64,000 nt of DNA from positions 19,181 through 83,180 of the forward strand of contig JBEBWI010000001.1 of assembly GCA_040392345.1 (NCBI GenBank), written 5' to 3'. This document shows positions 1-9,153 of the stretch, one piece after another. The position numbers were made by a program, and so were the translations under genes. The DNA is from Leucobacter soli. Lineage in GTDB: Bacteria; Actinomycetota; Actinomycetes; Actinomycetales; Microbacteriaceae. The notes under the pieces are model-generated. The model saw only the letters and a program-made list of their open reading frames with translations. It was not told where the DNA came from and did no database searches. Each line of letters opens with the position of its first letter. Positions within the stretch are counted from its first letter, which is position 1.

Positions 1-124
1 AGAGCCCCGAGTAGAGACGAAGCGCGTCGGGAACTACGAGGCTCCCGTCGCTCCGACGCACCGCGGCCGCGTAGGTGTCCCCTCCCGAGGGTCGGTAGGT
101 CGTAAGGCTCCAGGAACTGGTCAT
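1..124 (-). CDS. 5' part of a CDS running off the left edge (possibly FAH-family hydrolase N-terminus)
   Basis: ATG at 124 preceded by AGAAAG; open frame MTSSWSLTTYRPSGG... to the edge; co-oriented with the operon. Confidence 0.5.
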   Translation of the reverse strand, partial: MTSSWSLTTYRPSGGDTYAAAVRRSDGSLVVPDALRLYSGL

Positions 125-178
125 TGTGTGGCTTTCTGAATAGTGGATCGTGGTGGTGTCGGAAGAGTCGCTGCAGGC

Positions 179-907
179 CTATCGTGTGGCCGGCCCGGGC
201 GTCTCCCCCTGCGGCAGGTCGGCCGCCCGGCGCACGAGATGGCGGTACCCGGCGCGCATCGAAGGCGCCGGCCAGATCTCCGCTCGCTTCGTCGCGACTT
301 CCTCGGCCGAGGTCGCGACGAGCACCGGCCCGGAGGCCATCGCGCGCAGCTGCGTCGCGCACGCGCGCTCCAGAAGAAGCGCGTGCATGACCGCGTGCTC
401 GACGTCCGGGCCGACCGCGACCAGCCCGTGGCCGGGGATCAGGCAGCCGTTCTCCTCCTCGATCGCGCCGGCGAGCGCTTCGCCGAGCTCGGGCGTGCGG
501 ATGAGGTTCGCCGTGCGCGTGAATCGTCGCACGTCTTCGCCGAGGAATGGGGTTGCGGCATGACTGATCGCGCGCATGGGCACGCCGAGCGCCGCGAACG
601 CCACCGCGGCTTCGGCGTGCGTGTGCACGGTGGCGCCGATGTCGGGGCGGCGGCGCATCAGCTCGAGGTGGATATGCGCCTCGAGGTGTCGCTGGCCCGT
701 GCCCTGCAGCACCTCGCCGTCGAACGAGACCAGCACGACCTGCTCCGGCGTGAGATCCTCCATGCCCCATCCCGAGGCCTTCGACCAGACGCCTCGACCG
801 CGCGGGTCGCGAATGCCGATGTGCCCCCAGATCAGATCGGACTGGCCCGTCGTCGCGAGCGCGCGGTGCGCCTCGATCACCCGGGCGATCATCTCATCGT
901 CCGACAT
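179..907 (-). CDS. Class II aldolase/adducin family protein
   Basis: GHIGIRDP, EAHIH, VHTH and GHG Zn-binding pattern; ATG 907 after AAGGAG. Confidence 0.88.
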   Translation of the reverse strand: MSDDEMIARVIEAHRALATTGQSDLIWGHIGIRDPRGRGVWSKASGWGMEDLTPEQVVLVSFDGEVLQGTGQRHLEAHIHLELMRRRPDIGATVHTHAEAAVAFAALGVPMRAISHAATPFLGEDVRRFTRTANLIRTPELGEALAGAIEEENGCLIPGHGLVAVGPDVEHAVMHALLLERACATQLRAMASGPVLVATSAEEVATKRAEIWPAPSMRAGYRHLVRRAADLPQGETPGPATR

Positions 908-975
908 AGACGTTTCTCCTTCCCGAACTGCGGTCTGCGCGTCGAGGTTCTCGACGCCGGCCTCGGCGACGTCGT

Positions 976-1902
976 TCACCGCTTGATCGGCCCGCCGTCG
1001 GGAACGGGACCCCACGAGTTCATGAGCGACAGATCCGCCTCCCACGTCGTGGGCTTCATGGGGAAGTGCTCGTGCCAGGGCTGCGGCTCGTAGTATCCCT
1101 TCTCCTCGTCGAGCATCTGGTCGAGCTGTGTGAACAGTTCGATGCTGTTGCCGTCGGGATCGTAGTGATACGTGAAGATGTTGTGGCCGATGACGTGGCG
1201 GCCCGGCCCCCAGTACAGGCGGTGGCCGTGCTTCGAGAGATTGTCGACCATCGTCTGCAGGTGGCTCAGATCGCGCGCCTCGTAGGCGATGTGGTGCATC
1301 GCGTCGTACGCATCGCTCTGCATGAAGTTCGCGGCGTGGTGGTCGGCGTTGCAGCGCATGAACACGAAGAAGTCGCCGATGGAGTCGGCCCAGCGGAAGC
1401 CGAGTGCGGATTCGTAGAACGACCGGAGCAGCTTGACGTCGCTCGCGTAGGCCGCCACGTGGCCGAGCTTGTTCGGCCTGTGATCGAAACTCTGATCGAT
1501 GCCGCTGCGCTCCTGCTCCTGGTAGAGGTGCAGTGTGGATCCGGTGCCCTTCTCGGCGATGACGAGCACATCGGGCGTACCCGGCCCGATGTCGGAGCGG
1601 CGCTCGGACTCGATCCCGATCTCCTTCAAACGGCGCTGCGCGTCTGCAACGCTCTCCTGAATCTCATAGCCGACGACCGTGCGGCCTCTGGCCTCCTCGG
1701 CCTTCTCGATCACCGTGCAGTGATGATCTCCGCCGGTGGTGACGAAGGCCCTGCGCTCGTCGGCGTCAGTCGTGGCGAACCCCAGCACGTCGGTGTAGTA
1801 GCTGGTCAGTCGGGCGACGTCGGGGGTCTGGAACGCGACGTACCCGAGGCGGGAGACGTGCACGGGTGCCGCAGCCCGCGGCCGGTCGATCTTCTCATTC
1901 AT
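976..1902 (-). CDS. VOC-family extradiol ring-cleavage dioxygenase
   Basis: Two VOC domains; LGHVA, HHIAYE and GPGRH..GHNIFTYHYDPDGNSIELF metal-ligand motifs; ATGA overlap with upstream stop. Confidence 0.85.
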   Translation of the reverse strand: MNEKIDRPRAAAPVHVSRLGYVAFQTPDVARLTSYYTDVLGFATTDADERRAFVTTGGDHHCTVIEKAEEARGRTVVGYEIQESVADAQRRLKEIGIESERRSDIGPGTPDVLVIAEKGTGSTLHLYQEQERSGIDQSFDHRPNKLGHVAAYASDVKLLRSFYESALGFRWADSIGDFFVFMRCNADHHAANFMQSDAYDAMHHIAYEARDLSHLQTMVDNLSKHGHRLYWGPGRHVIGHNIFTYHYDPDGNSIELFTQLDQMLDEEKGYYEPQPWHEHFPMKPTTWEADLSLMNSWGPVPDGGPIKR

Positions 1903-2912
1903 ATGCGTACCCTTGTGCTCTCTGCGCGGGCGCTCTGCCCCGCGTATTTCTTCTGAAGTGCGGCCCAGCGCCTGCCGACCTCGGCACCGCCCTCGAGATA
2001 GGCGGCCGGGGCGGTCGTGTACGGCGGCCGGGTCGGGCCGGGTGTGAAGTACCCCGAGGCTTCGAACTCGGCGCGGTCGATCTGAATGTTGTACCGCTGG
2101 AACTCGTTGAAATCGCCACCGGGGAAGAGTGTCTCCACCGCATGGGCGATGTCGGCCTGAATCTGTTCGGCGAGCGCCCAGTCGCGCGCCCGTATCGCGT
2201 CTCGGAGCGCGGTCACCGGGGCCGGCCCGCAGTTGACGTCGCCGCTCCAGCATGCGGTCGCCTGCTCCGGGTACATGCGCGCGCTCGTCGCCCAGTCGTC
2301 TGCGACGGGCAGCAGGTTGATGCGGCCTGCCACGGCTTCGAGGTCAGCGGTGTACCGCTCGCCCAGAAGCCCGAGGCCCATGTGCTTCGAAGCCACGATC
2401 TGCGGAATCTCGGCCAACCTGGCATACGCCTGAGAGGAGATCTTGCCCTTGAACGCGCTCGGGTTGTCGTACGCGATCTGAGCCATGTCCGGCAGCGCCT
2501 CGGCCACCGAGCGATGGAACTCGACGATCTGATCGTCGTCGAGCGCCACCCACATCGGGCGGCCGAGGAAGAGCCCGTCGGCCCCGATCTCGCGCAGACG
2601 CCGACCGCGGTCGATCGTGTCCCTGGTGTTCAGCGTTGTCGCACCGGCGAACACTGGCACTCGACCGGCCACCGTGGCGACCACCGCATCGTTGAATGCC
2701 ATGAGCTCGTCGAGCGTCAGAGTCGCACCCTCGCCGAACGTGCCGTTGGTCAGAATCATGTCGACCCCGGCCTCGACCAGGGCGTTCGCGTGCCGCGCGC
2801 TCTCCTCGAGATCGACCGTCTCCGTCATATCCCAGCGCTCGGCGCCGGGAAGTGCGGGCGTCGCCAGAATCGCGACGACGCCCCGCACGTCTTCAGCCGT
2901 CAGTCGGGTCAC
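1899..2912 (-). CDS. phdJ: PhdJ/NahE-type hydratase-aldolase (trans-2'-carboxybenzalpyruvate hydratase-aldolase-like)
   Basis: NGTFGE, GRPMW, YDN..FKGKISS, QIVASKH and APAAYLEGGAEVGRRW match recalled PhdJ; GTGA overlap. Confidence 0.85.
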   Translation of the reverse strand: MTRLTAEDVRGVVAILATPALPGAERWDMTETVDLEESARHANALVEAGVDMILTNGTFGEGATLTLDELMAFNDAVVATVAGRVPVFAGATTLNTRDTIDRGRRLREIGADGLFLGRPMWVALDDDQIVEFHRSVAEALPDMAQIAYDNPSAFKGKISSQAYARLAEIPQIVASKHMGLGLLGERYTADLEAVAGRINLLPVADDWATSARMYPEQATACWSGDVNCGPAPVTALRDAIRARDWALAEQIQADIAHAVETLFPGGDFNEFQRYNIQIDRAEFEASGYFTPGPTRPPYTTAPAAYLEGGAEVGRRWAALQKKYAGQSARAESTRVRI

Positions 2913-4093
2913 CGCTGCTCGTCCCGCTCGAGGAAGGCGTCGCTCCGGTAGATCTGCTTCTCGGGCGCGGCGGGAACGCGCGGCGGCTCGTTGACGCCGA
3001 TGATCGCCTCCGGCTCTTCGTAGAAGTAGCCCAGGGCCTGCAGCGCCGGAATATCGTGGGTGCTGAACACCCGCAGCGGCGCGTCGGAGGTGTTGACGAA
3101 ACGGTGCCACGCGTAGTTCGGAATCGCGTAGGCGTCGCCGGCGCGAAGCTCGAGCGTCTTCCCCTCGACCTCGAGCGTGCCTTCGCCTGAGATCACGTAT
3201 CCGACGCTCGATGAGGAGCGCCGATGGAGCTTGCCGTCGAATCCGGGCACGAACTGCTGCAGCCAGCAATCCATGGTCTGGAAGGTGGTGCCTCCGGTGA
3301 CCGGGTTCGCGTATCGGAGGGCAAGCCCGTCGTAGGCGTCGCCGGCCGAGGCGTCCGAGGCGTAGGCGTCGAGTACCGGCTCGATGTCCTTCCACGCGTA
3401 GCGGATCGGCAGGCGGTTCTGCCGCGCGCTCTCGCGCACCGGCCGAAGCGCGGTCGCGCGCAGCCCCTGATAGTCGGCGAGCGACTCGCGTCGCGGCTGG
3501 CTCTCAGGGCCGTAGGGTTCGAAGAACGCCTGGTTGAGCGCCGTCGTGAGCCCGAGGTCGAGCACATCGAGCCAGATGACCTCGCCATCGGTCGGGTTGT
3601 GGTGGTCGTGCCACGAGCTGCGCGGGGTGATGAGCAGATCGAACGTGTCCATCGTCAGCGGTTCGCCGTCGACGACCGTGTACGTCTCGGGGTTGCCCTC
3701 GATGATGAAACGCAGCGCGCTCATCGTGTGCCGGTGCGACCAGCAGATCTCCTTGGCGCGCATGATCTGGATGCCGATCGCCATGGTGTGCGTCGAACCG
3801 GGCGCGCCCTGGGTGATCTCGGGGTTGGTGAACACCAGGCTCGTGCGGCCGATGCCGCGCGGGCCCAGCACCTTGGAGGCCTCCACGAGATGATCGCGGG
3901 TCTCCGACCATGGCCAGACCATGCCGGTGCCGCGCGGCCGCGGCCCCCCGACGTGCGCATCCATCATCGGCTCGAACTGCCACTGACCGCGAATGTTCTG
4001 TGCGTTGATCTTCGCGTCGTATTCTCTCAGGCGAGCAAGATCCTCGCCCTCGGGCATTGCGTCCTGGTCGACCACGGTGTCTGTACTACTCAT
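2909..4093 (-). CDS. phdI: Bicupin 1-hydroxy-2-naphthoate 1,2-dioxygenase-like (gentisate dioxygenase family)
   Basis: CWSHRHTMSA, WHDHHN, GLALRYANPVTGG and HRRSSS match recalled PhdI; RBS GGAAAGGA. Confidence 0.85.
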   Translation of the reverse strand: MSSTDTVVDQDAMPEGEDLARLREYDAKINAQNIRGQWQFEPMMDAHVGGPRPRGTGMVWPWSETRDHLVEASKVLGPRGIGRTSLVFTNPEITQGAPGSTHTMAIGIQIMRAKEICWSHRHTMSALRFIIEGNPETYTVVDGEPLTMDTFDLLITPRSSWHDHHNPTDGEVIWLDVLDLGLTTALNQAFFEPYGPESQPRRESLADYQGLRATALRPVRESARQNRLPIRYAWKDIEPVLDAYASDASAGDAYDGLALRYANPVTGGTTFQTMDCWLQQFVPGFDGKLHRRSSSSVGYVISGEGTLEVEGKTLELRAGDAYAIPNYAWHRFVNTSDAPLRVFSTHDIPALQALGYFYEEPEAIIGVNEPPRVPAAPEKQIYRSDAFLERDEQR

Positions 4094-4121
4094 GACTCTT
4101 TCCTTTCCTGATGGGTGCGGA

Positions 4122-5585
4122 TCAGCGGTTCGCCGCATCCGCGTACTTCACGTGAACGCTCTTCACCTGCGTGTAGGAGAGCAGTTCGTCGAGCTCTTCC
4201 TCGCGACCGATGCCGCTGTTCTTCACGCCGCCGTAGGGTGCGCCCGGAAGGTGTCGCGACACCTCGTTGACCCAGACGTAGCCGGCGTCGATCTCCTCGG
4301 CGAAGCGAAGCGCACGCGAGAGATCCCGCGTGAAGACGCTCGCGGTCAGCCCGAACTGCGTAGCGTTCGCCATGCGAAGCGCCGCGCTCTCGTCGGCGAA
4401 CGGAGTCACCGAGAGAATCGGGCCGAAGATCTCCTCCTGTGCGAGGCGCGAGTCGATCGCGACATCGGCGAACACCGCCGGGCGCACGAAGAGGCCGCGG
4501 TCGAGGGCACCGTCGGAGACCCGGTCGCCGCCCGTCATGAGGCGCGCGCCCTCGCTCTTCCCGAGGGAGACGTAATCGAGTACTTTCGCGAGCTGCCGGT
4601 CGTTCACGATCGCTCCGGTCTGAGACGCGGGGTCGTCGGGCAGCCCGGGCTGCAGCGACCCCACCTTCTCGGTCAGCCGCTCGACGAACTCGTCGTACAG
4701 TGATTCGTGCACCAGGTTCCGCGACAGCGAACCGCACGACTGGCCCTGCCAAGTGAAGTTCATGCCGCGCACCGCTGCGTCGACGACCGTGTCGAGGTCC
4801 GCATCGGAGAAGATCACGAGCGGGTTCTTCCCGCCGAGCTCGAGCGACACCGACTTGACCATGCGCTCGGCCGCACGCCGCTGGATCGCAAGCCCCGTTG
4901 CGACCGACCCGGTGAACGCGATCCGCCTCACATCGGGGTTCGAGACCAGCGCGTCGCCCGCCTCGGGCCCGGCCCCGGTGACGACGTTCAGCACCCCGGC
5001 CGGAAGCACCTCGTTCGCGAGCTCCGCGAGCAGCAGGGCCGAGAGACTGGTGAACTCGCTCGGCTTCAACACCACCGTGTTTCCCGCCACCAGCGGTGCG
5101 GCGATCTTGCTCGCCGCGAACATGAACGGGTGGTTGAACGGCACGATCCGCGCAACCACGCCGAACGGCACGCGGGTCGTGTAGGTGAGCTCCCCCGAGC
5201 CGCCGGGCAGCGTTTCGCCCCGCACGTGCAGCGCGAGGCCCGCGTAGTAGCGGAGTGCCGCGATCCCTGCCGATACGTCGCGGCGCATCTCTGTGAGCAG
5301 GCTGCCGTTCTCCGCGGAATCCAGCGCGGCGAACTCTTCGGCCCGCGCCTCCACCGCCCGGGCGAGACGCACGATCATCTCGGCTCTGGCGGTAGGCGCG
5401 AGCCGCTTCCACGCAGGCGCCGCCGTGTGCGCCGCCGCAACGGCACGGTCCACGTCGTCGCGAGTGGCATTCGGAAACGTTCCGATGAGCTCGCCCGTCG
5501 CGGGGTTGCGGGTTTCGACCAGCGACCCGTCACCGGCTGCCACCCGCTCCCCTCCGATGAGCATGCGGCGATCGGTCGCAGACAT
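4122..5585 (-). CDS. phdK: Aldehyde dehydrogenase, 2-carboxybenzaldehyde dehydrogenase-like
   Basis: PFNHPFMFAASKIAAPL, LELGGK and GMNFTWQGQSCGS typical of the PhdK subfamily; adjacent to phdI/phdJ; TGATG overlap. Confidence 0.75.
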   Translation of the reverse strand: MSATDRRMLIGGERVAAGDGSLVETRNPATGELIGTFPNATRDDVDRAVAAAHTAAPAWKRLAPTARAEMIVRLARAVEARAEEFAALDSAENGSLLTEMRRDVSAGIAALRYYAGLALHVRGETLPGGSGELTYTTRVPFGVVARIVPFNHPFMFAASKIAAPLVAGNTVVLKPSEFTSLSALLLAELANEVLPAGVLNVVTGAGPEAGDALVSNPDVRRIAFTGSVATGLAIQRRAAERMVKSVSLELGGKNPLVIFSDADLDTVVDAAVRGMNFTWQGQSCGSLSRNLVHESLYDEFVERLTEKVGSLQPGLPDDPASQTGAIVNDRQLAKVLDYVSLGKSEGARLMTGGDRVSDGALDRGLFVRPAVFADVAIDSRLAQEEIFGPILSVTPFADESAALRMANATQFGLTASVFTRDLSRALRFAEEIDAGYVWVNEVSRHLPGAPYGGVKNSGIGREEELDELLSYTQVKSVHVKYADAANR

Positions 5586-6763
5586 CAGACCGCGCCTTCG
5601 GCGCGCAGTTCGGCCACCTGCTCGGGCGAGAGACCGAGTATCTCGCCGTAGACCTCTTCGGTGTGCTCGCCCACTCGCGGGCCGGCGTGCGTGATGCGCG
5701 TAGGCGTACCGCTGAAGCGGATCCACGGTGCGAGCAGGGTGACTTCGCCCGCTTCATCGTGGTCGACCTTGACGAAGGCCTGACGCTCCGCCAGGTGCCG
5801 ATCCTCCATCACATCGGCGATCGTGTTCACCGGGCCGATCGGCAGCTTCTGCGGTGTCAGCAGCTCGAAGAGCTCCTTCGGCGTGAACTCCTTGAGCCAC
5901 TCGCCCGCGGTCTGCTGCACGAGCTTGAGGTTCGCTCGGCGGGCCTCGGTGGTCGCGAACCTCTCATCCGAGAGCATGTCGGCATGACCGAGCGCGGTGG
6001 CGAACGCCGTGAACTGCTCCTGCGTCATGTCGGGAACGTGGAAGGCGACGTGCCCGTCCTTGGCCTCCATGTATGCGCCGGCCGGGCCCTGGCCCTCGAA
6101 GTACTCGTGGAAGGTCGCCACGTTGAACCCCATGAGCGATTCCTGCATCGAGACCTCGATCTTCTGGCCCTCGCCCGTGACCGCCTTGCGGTACAGGGCG
6201 CCCAGCAGACCGACCGCGAGCGACACGCCGGCCGCTTCGTCGCCCGGGCCGAGCACCTGGGTGCCCGGCGCGCCCGACATGCGCCACGAGGCGTCCGCCC
6301 AGCCGGAGGCGGCCATGGCGACCGTCGCGTACGAGCGGTACGACGCGTATGGACCGGTCTCGCCGTACCCCTTCGACGAGCCGAAGATGATGTCCGGCTT
6401 GATCTCCTTGAGCGCTTCGTAGCCGAATCCGAGGCGATCCATGACGCCGGTTGAGAAGTTCTCCACGACCACGTCGGCGCTGCGCACGAGGTCGGTGAAG
6501 ATCTCGCGGCCCTTCGGGTGCTTCAGGTTGAGGGTTACCGCTTTCTTGTTCGCGTTGACCGCGAGGAATTCGTACCCATCGTGATCCGCGTCGAACGGCA
6601 TCCATGCGTGGCGGAAACGATCGGGGGAATCGCTCTGCTCCACCTTGATCACCTCAGCGCCGAGGTGGGCGAGCAGCATGGTTGCGAAGGGACCGTTCAG
6701 CACGTGCGAGAGGTCGATCACGCGCACCCCTGCAAGGGGGCCGAAACCGTTGGTTGAACTCAT
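5585..6763 (-). CDS. Family III CoA-transferase (CaiB/BaiF)
   Basis: PLAGVRVIDLSHVLNGP, LGAEVIKVE, ADVVVENF, GYGETGPY. Confidence 0.92.
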   Translation of the reverse strand: MSSTNGFGPLAGVRVIDLSHVLNGPFATMLLAHLGAEVIKVEQSDSPDRFRHAWMPFDADHDGYEFLAVNANKKAVTLNLKHPKGREIFTDLVRSADVVVENFSTGVMDRLGFGYEALKEIKPDIIFGSSKGYGETGPYASYRSYATVAMAASGWADASWRMSGAPGTQVLGPGDEAAGVSLAVGLLGALYRKAVTGEGQKIEVSMQESLMGFNVATFHEYFEGQGPAGAYMEAKDGHVAFHVPDMTQEQFTAFATALGHADMLSDERFATTEARRANLKLVQQTAGEWLKEFTPKELFELLTPQKLPIGPVNTIADVMEDRHLAERQAFVKVDHDEAGEVTLLAPWIRFSGTPTRITHAGPRVGEHTEEVYGEILGLSPEQVAELRAEGAV

Positions 6764-6832
6764 GTCAGATCACTCCTTTGTGGTTGTTTCGTCAGTATTC
6801 GTCTGCCGAGGCCGCGGCGTCGCGCATGTTCG

Positions 6833-8299
6833 TCATGACCCGACCCCGTCGAATGCCGGCACCGATGCCTCGGTGAGGTTGACCGTCTTCGTCTCGTAGA
6901 AGGCGGCGAGCCCCTCGGGCCCGAACTCACGCCCCACGCCCGACGCTTTGACCCCGCCGAACGGCATCTGAACGTTATGCGTGAACCCGTTGATGCTGAA
7001 CGTGCCCGTGCGCACCTCACGGGCCACGCGTACCGCCGTCTCCGTGTCCTCGGTGAACACCCCGCCATGGAGTCCGTAGTCGGAATCGTTCGCGATGGCG
7101 ATCGCCTCGTCGAGGGAGTCGTATGGGATCACGACTGCGACAGGGCCGAAGATCTCCTCCCGGCTCACGCGCATCGCGTTGTTCGCCCCGGTGAGCACCG
7201 TCGGTTCGATGAAGTATCCGGCATCGACCCCGCTCGGGCGACCGCCGCCAGCGACCACCGTCGCGCCCTCCTCGGCGCCGAGAGCGATGTAATCGAGCAC
7301 CTTTCGGTACTGCGCTTCCGAGGCGACCGGACCCAGGTTCGTCGATGGATCGGCGGGATCGCCGATCACGTACGAGGACGCGGCTTCGGCGACGACCTGT
7401 ACCCAGCGGTCGTGCTGTTCCGTCGGCACGAGGATGCGGGTGAACGCGTTGCAGGTCTGCCCGGTATTGACGAAAGTGCCCTCGATGATTCCGGCGCGCA
7501 CCTTCTCGGGGTCCGCGTCTTCCACGACGATCGCCGCGGATTTGCCGCCGAGCTCCAGCTGCAGGCGAGTGAAGTTCGCGCCGGCCGACCGCGCGATCTC
7601 GCGCCCGGCCGCCGTGGATCCGGTGAAACTCACCTTGTCGATCCCGGGGTGGGAGGTCAGTGCGCGGCCGGTGTCGCGGCCGCCCGTGACCAGGTTGAAC
7701 ACGCCGTTGGGAAGGCCGGCGCCTTGAAGCGCCTCAGCGATCTCGTAGACGTCGAGCGGCGTTTCAGGGGCCGGCTTGAACACGAGCGTGTTGCCGGCCG
7801 CCAGTGCCGGGAAGATCTTCGCGATCGCCATGTTGAACGGGCTGTTCCAGGGCGTGATCGCGGCGATCACCCCGACCGGTTCTCGCACGATGGCCGCCGG
7901 GCCGAACCTGGTGGAGCGCACTTCGCTCACCGGGATCTCGCGCATGAGTTCGAGCATGTGCTCGCCCACCCAGATGCCTGCCGGCGTCTTGCGCCGGGAG
8001 ATCGAGATCGGCACTCCCATCTCGTCGGTGACGAGTGCGGCGATCTGCTCGCTCCGCGCCTTCAGCGCCTCGAGGGCACGGGTGAGCACGGCTGCGCGTT
8101 CCTCGAACGCCAGACCGCTCCAGCTGCCGCCGTCGAATGCGCGCCGAGCCGCTCCAACAGCCGCGTCCACATCGCTCTCATCGGCGTCGACGACCTCGCC
8201 GATCACCCGTTCGGTCGTGGGCGAAACCACGGATATGCGAAGCGCGGACGCGGATGCGCGCCATTCGCCATCGATGAGCAACTCATGCCGAACGATCAT
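6833..8299 (-). CDS. Aldehyde dehydrogenase
   Basis: ITPWN, FTGST, LELGGKS, GQTC, EEIFGPV. Confidence 0.93.
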   Translation of the reverse strand: MIVRHELLIDGEWRASASALRISVVSPTTERVIGEVVDADESDVDAAVGAARRAFDGGSWSGLAFEERAAVLTRALEALKARSEQIAALVTDEMGVPISISRRKTPAGIWVGEHMLELMREIPVSEVRSTRFGPAAIVREPVGVIAAITPWNSPFNMAIAKIFPALAAGNTLVFKPAPETPLDVYEIAEALQGAGLPNGVFNLVTGGRDTGRALTSHPGIDKVSFTGSTAAGREIARSAGANFTRLQLELGGKSAAIVVEDADPEKVRAGIIEGTFVNTGQTCNAFTRILVPTEQHDRWVQVVAEAASSYVIGDPADPSTNLGPVASEAQYRKVLDYIALGAEEGATVVAGGGRPSGVDAGYFIEPTVLTGANNAMRVSREEIFGPVAVVIPYDSLDEAIAIANDSDYGLHGGVFTEDTETAVRVAREVRTGTFSINGFTHNVQMPFGGVKASGVGREFGPEGLAAFYETKTVNLTEASVPAFDGVGS

Positions 8300-8368
8300 G
8301 TTCTTCTCTTCCTCGAGCGGTTTTCGGTGTGACTCTCGGCCCTCGGCCGGTCAGGGAGTCGGTGCGGA

Positions 8369-8390
8369 CAACATGGCATTTGCAATGTTT
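8369..8390. promoter_or_regulatory. Palindromic operator copy 1 (CAACATGGCA-TT-TGCAATGTTT)
   Basis: Imperfect palindrome upstream of the ALDH; same motif at 8903, 8961 and 14971. Confidence 0.65.
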
Positions 8391-8437
8391 TGAGTTCAAT
8401 AGCTGACCCGAGCTATCGCATTGCCCGACGGGCCGGG

Positions 8438-8782
8438 TCAGGAGTAGACGAAGAACTCGATCGTGGGCTCCTGAATCGTCCACACGGTCCGAGTACCCTT
8501 GTTGAATGAGGCGACCCCGCCTGCAGCGAGCTCATGCGTCGGGCCGCCGACGACCTCGACCCGCACTCGCCCCTTGACGATGTGGACCGTCTCGTCCGCA
8601 TGGATGAGCACCTCCACCGGCTTCGGCGCCTCGCTCGGGTTCACCGTCCAGAACCCGCATCCGAGGTCGGGGCGCTCCCCCGAACCCGGCTTCCTGATCC
8701 ACTGGATCACGCCCGCATTGAACGGCTCGGCGCGGTCGATGTCATACGCCCCGCTGAAGCTCACTGATGCCTCGGTGGTCAT
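8438..8782 (-). CDS. Small cupin (EutQ/DUF861-like)
   Basis: CGFW..., DETVHIVKGRV, SFNKG...WTI cupin pattern; RBS GGAAGG. Confidence 0.8.
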   Translation of the reverse strand: MTTEASVSFSGAYDIDRAEPFNAGVIQWIRKPGSGERPDLGCGFWTVNPSEAPKPVEVLIHADETVHIVKGRVRVEVVGGPTHELAAGGVASFNKGTRTVWTIQEPTIEFFVYS

Positions 8783-8902
8783 GTCTGCCTTCCTTCCGGG
8801 CGCGATTCACCGCCGCCCATCGCACGCTCCCGGCCACTCAACGCCTCTGGTGATCGGCCTGCGCTCCGCCCCCGCAACAACCTCGATGCGGGGCTTGGAT
8901 GC

Positions 8903-8982
8903 AACCATAGCAAGTGCAACGTTTGTCGGCAAGCATCTGTATACACTTTTAGAGATTCCCAAACAAAGCACTTGCAATGTTT
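8903..8982. promoter_or_regulatory. Two operator copies (8903-8924, 8961-8982) in a divergent promoter
   Basis: AACCATAGCA-AG-TGCAACGTTT and AAACAAAGCA-CT-TGCAATGTTT in an AT-rich spacer. Confidence 0.65.
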
Positions 8983-9153
8983 GCGAAACATGGGCAAGAT
9001 CGGTACACGCGGCCTTTGCGAACCGACGGCAGAACACCTCTGACGTTCGCGGCTCTTCGGGTCGCCGCAGACCGACTTCGTCCGCTGCACCGCACCAGCC
9101 GCACCGAGAAGTCACAGCCCGACAGTCACAGCCCGACAAAGGAGACGAGCACT

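Noticed and set aside
1899-5585. Claim that the organism degrades phenanthrene
   Set aside because: No upper-pathway Rieske dioxygenase, ferredoxin or phthalate genes in the window; similarity alone does not fix the substrate
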